Shown here: piece by piece, positions 62,000 to 64,000 of the stretch | How the letters are laid out: every line of letters starts with the position of its first letter | Numbering within the stretch: the stretch's first letter is position 1 | Assembly (NCBI RefSeq): GCF_006345805.1 | Contig: NC_043008.1 | Coordinates: forward strand, 34,534,001 to 34,598,000 | DNA from: Octopus sinensis | Taxonomy: Eukaryota | DNA: 64,000 nucleotides | Direction: 5' to 3' | Translations under genes and position numbers: made by a program | Notes under the pieces: model-generated | Told to the model about the DNA's origin: nothing | Seen by the model: only the letters and a program-made list of their open reading frames with translations | Databases searched by the model: none

Positions 62000-62400
62000 C
62001 ATCACTAGTTGGTGGATCATCAAGCTAGTAGATGACAGGTGACTGTGCATGCCCTTCAATAACAGCAGGACTTACTACAACATCATGGTTCAAGATTTTG
62101 CTAAAATATTGTACCACCTGGCCTTGATTTTGTTTAACTTGTGCAGCAGCACATTGCCAGTTTTTGCTTGCAGATGTATAGAGACAGAGGAAGGAGGACT
62201 GTAGACTTCACACAGCTGGTGATACAGAGAGTTTGGATCATGTTTGTCAACTGATGTTTGAATTTAGCATGCTTTGTCTTGCTATCATATGTCCTTTGCT
62301 GCCTACAACCCCTGCTGGACCTTGTGCAGCAAGAGGGTAACTCAACCAGTGGAATCACTCAGCATTATAAATCTCATATTCTGTATAGTCAGGCAGCTGC
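62000..62400 (-). mobile_element. RTE (BovB-like) LINE fragment upstream of RT
   Basis: Manual translation QDKAC*IQTSVDKHD...LYHQL.EVYSP...TGNVLL...IKARW, cf. the RTE linker (KA.EIQ..AD.HD...FY...RW). Confidence 0.55.
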
Positions 62401-62559
62401 TGCTGGAAAAGTAACTTGTAATCAACATAGAATGACTTGCAGGCTTTAAGAGTCACATGAGACACCATCAGCAATAAGGAAACCAAATGTAAAGTGTTTG
62501 TTAGAATGAAATGAGTTTAAAAAGTGGTCATACTTGGTCATGAGTAAAACCGATTGTAT

Positions 62560-63435
62560 AATAAAAGGCAATAAAAAAATGGAAATCTGCAAGGAGGTAT
62601 GTGCTGTGTACAAAGGAGTTACTGTTATGAAATGTGTATGCCAAGAAATGGCTGATGAACTGAAATTGACAGTGGCAAAATGAAAAGGTTAATTGACACC
62701 AACCTCCACTATATGATAGGGATGATCATAGATATTCTCCAAACATTCAAATTGAGTTTTGAAAACTATTTGCATTGACTTGGTTACATCAGCAGGCTTG
62801 ATGTTTGGGTTCCATATCAGTTTTATGAGGCTAACCTTGCCCAATAGATTTCTATCTCCACTTTGTTGTAGAAACAAAGAAAACAATCTTTGTTTTTGAA
62901 GAGAATGTTGACAGAGGCAGGGGATGAAAAACCTACTATAACAATGTGAAGTGCAAACAATCATGGGAGAAAGGTGGTGGACCACCACAAACAACCTCCA
63001 GTGCAGGACTTCACCCAAAGAAGGTTATGCTTTTAATTTGATGGGATTGGAAGGGTGTTGTCTTTTAGGAGCTTCTCCCCACAGACAAGAACAGCTGGAC
63101 AAATTAAACACTGTAATTCACCATGAGTATCCAGAACTTTCCAGTTGGAAGGTTGGTGTCTTTCATCATGACAATGCCAGACCACATAATTCTTTACTGA
63201 CATGACAGAAGATACTGGAACTTAACTGTAAAGTTTTGCCTTGTCCTCCATATTTGTCCAACCCTGCACCTTCAGATATCCATGTTGTAATCCTTAATAT
63301 CGGATTGTTAAAATGTCCACTCTGGTATAGCAGTATGGTTAGTAATGCAAGTAAGATCATGACAATCTATAACCATCAACTACATACTCCCTCCTTATAT
63401 TGATTGATGTCACCTTATTTATAGTGACCAGCATA
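62560..63435 (+). mobile_element. Mariner transposase fossil
   Basis: LGYISRLDVWVP, YNNVK, GLHPKKVML..WDWKGVV, FHHDNARPH, PPY..NPAPSD in broken frames. Confidence 0.85.
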
Positions 63436-63739
63436 TTCCATTCATCAGGTGGGAGAGGTGAACCATTATTGCTATTATTACTACAACACCTCCCCTTTTA
63501 AGGTTTTTTATTTTTTTTTAGGGAGTGTCATTTTATTTCTTTTAATAGCAATACTTTTTATATCACCCCCACCTTTTTTTTTTCTTAGTTACACATTTGA
63601 TATTTTTTCCATTTGGCATCCACTTCATACATTTTCTTTTTCTTATGCTTGTGCAATCACCTGTAGTGGCACTGGTACTTGAAGAGTATCATATAATCAT
63701 TTCATTGGTTCTTCTATTCTTTGGGGTTTGCTTTCAATG

Positions 63740-64000
63740 AATCTTCTTTACAGTTGGTTCATGTGTCTCTTGTATATGCCTTTTCTACTCTTTAGCAAGT
63801 ATAGCATTTTTCCTATGCATTTGGTAAGCACATCATCTTCCCGACTCCGTTTTCTGTTCTTATATGCTCTCACAAATACCTTTTCCCCAATTTTGAAAAA
63901 TCTTGCTGTATTTTCCATTGCAATTTTTCTTTTCTTGCCAGGTAGTAATTTGTCAAAGACTGACATTACTTTCCTCACAAACATCCACACTGCTTATGAT
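63740..64000 (-). mobile_element. Ty3/gypsy integrase C-terminal fragment (runs off the window)
   Basis: RKVMSVFDKLLP...FKIGEKVFVRAYK...G...Y....G..KRHMNQL. Confidence 0.75.

Overview
AT-rich, microsatellite-dense eukaryotic DNA. The repeat families point to a coleoid cephalopod, most likely Octopus (inference, no database search). I found no host protein-coding exon, tRNA, rRNA or CRISPR array I can support, so the window reads as intergenic or deep-intronic sequence made largely of decayed transposons. Recognisable elements: Penelope-like elements (one ~3.5 kb RT + GIY-YIG copy with inverted terminal repeats, plus two endonuclease fragments); RTE-clade LINE fragments; three R4/Dong-type RLE retrotransposon pieces bounded by (AAT)n; two mariner fossils; Ty3/gypsy fragments; a 481-bp miniature LTR element with PBS, PPT and 5-bp TSD; hAT and piggyBac-type MITEs; Helitron/Helentron-type pieces; at least four SINE or SINE-like families. 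Most ORFs in the supplied track are microsatellite artefacts. Best leads: a minimal type I hammerhead ribozyme candidate (17300-17334), the TRIM-like element, a (TAA)n-embedded non-coding family co-occurring with (AAT)n-bounded R4/Dong copies, and about nine local fold-back inverted repeats. I cannot claim a new biological system; these are TE-biology leads to check.
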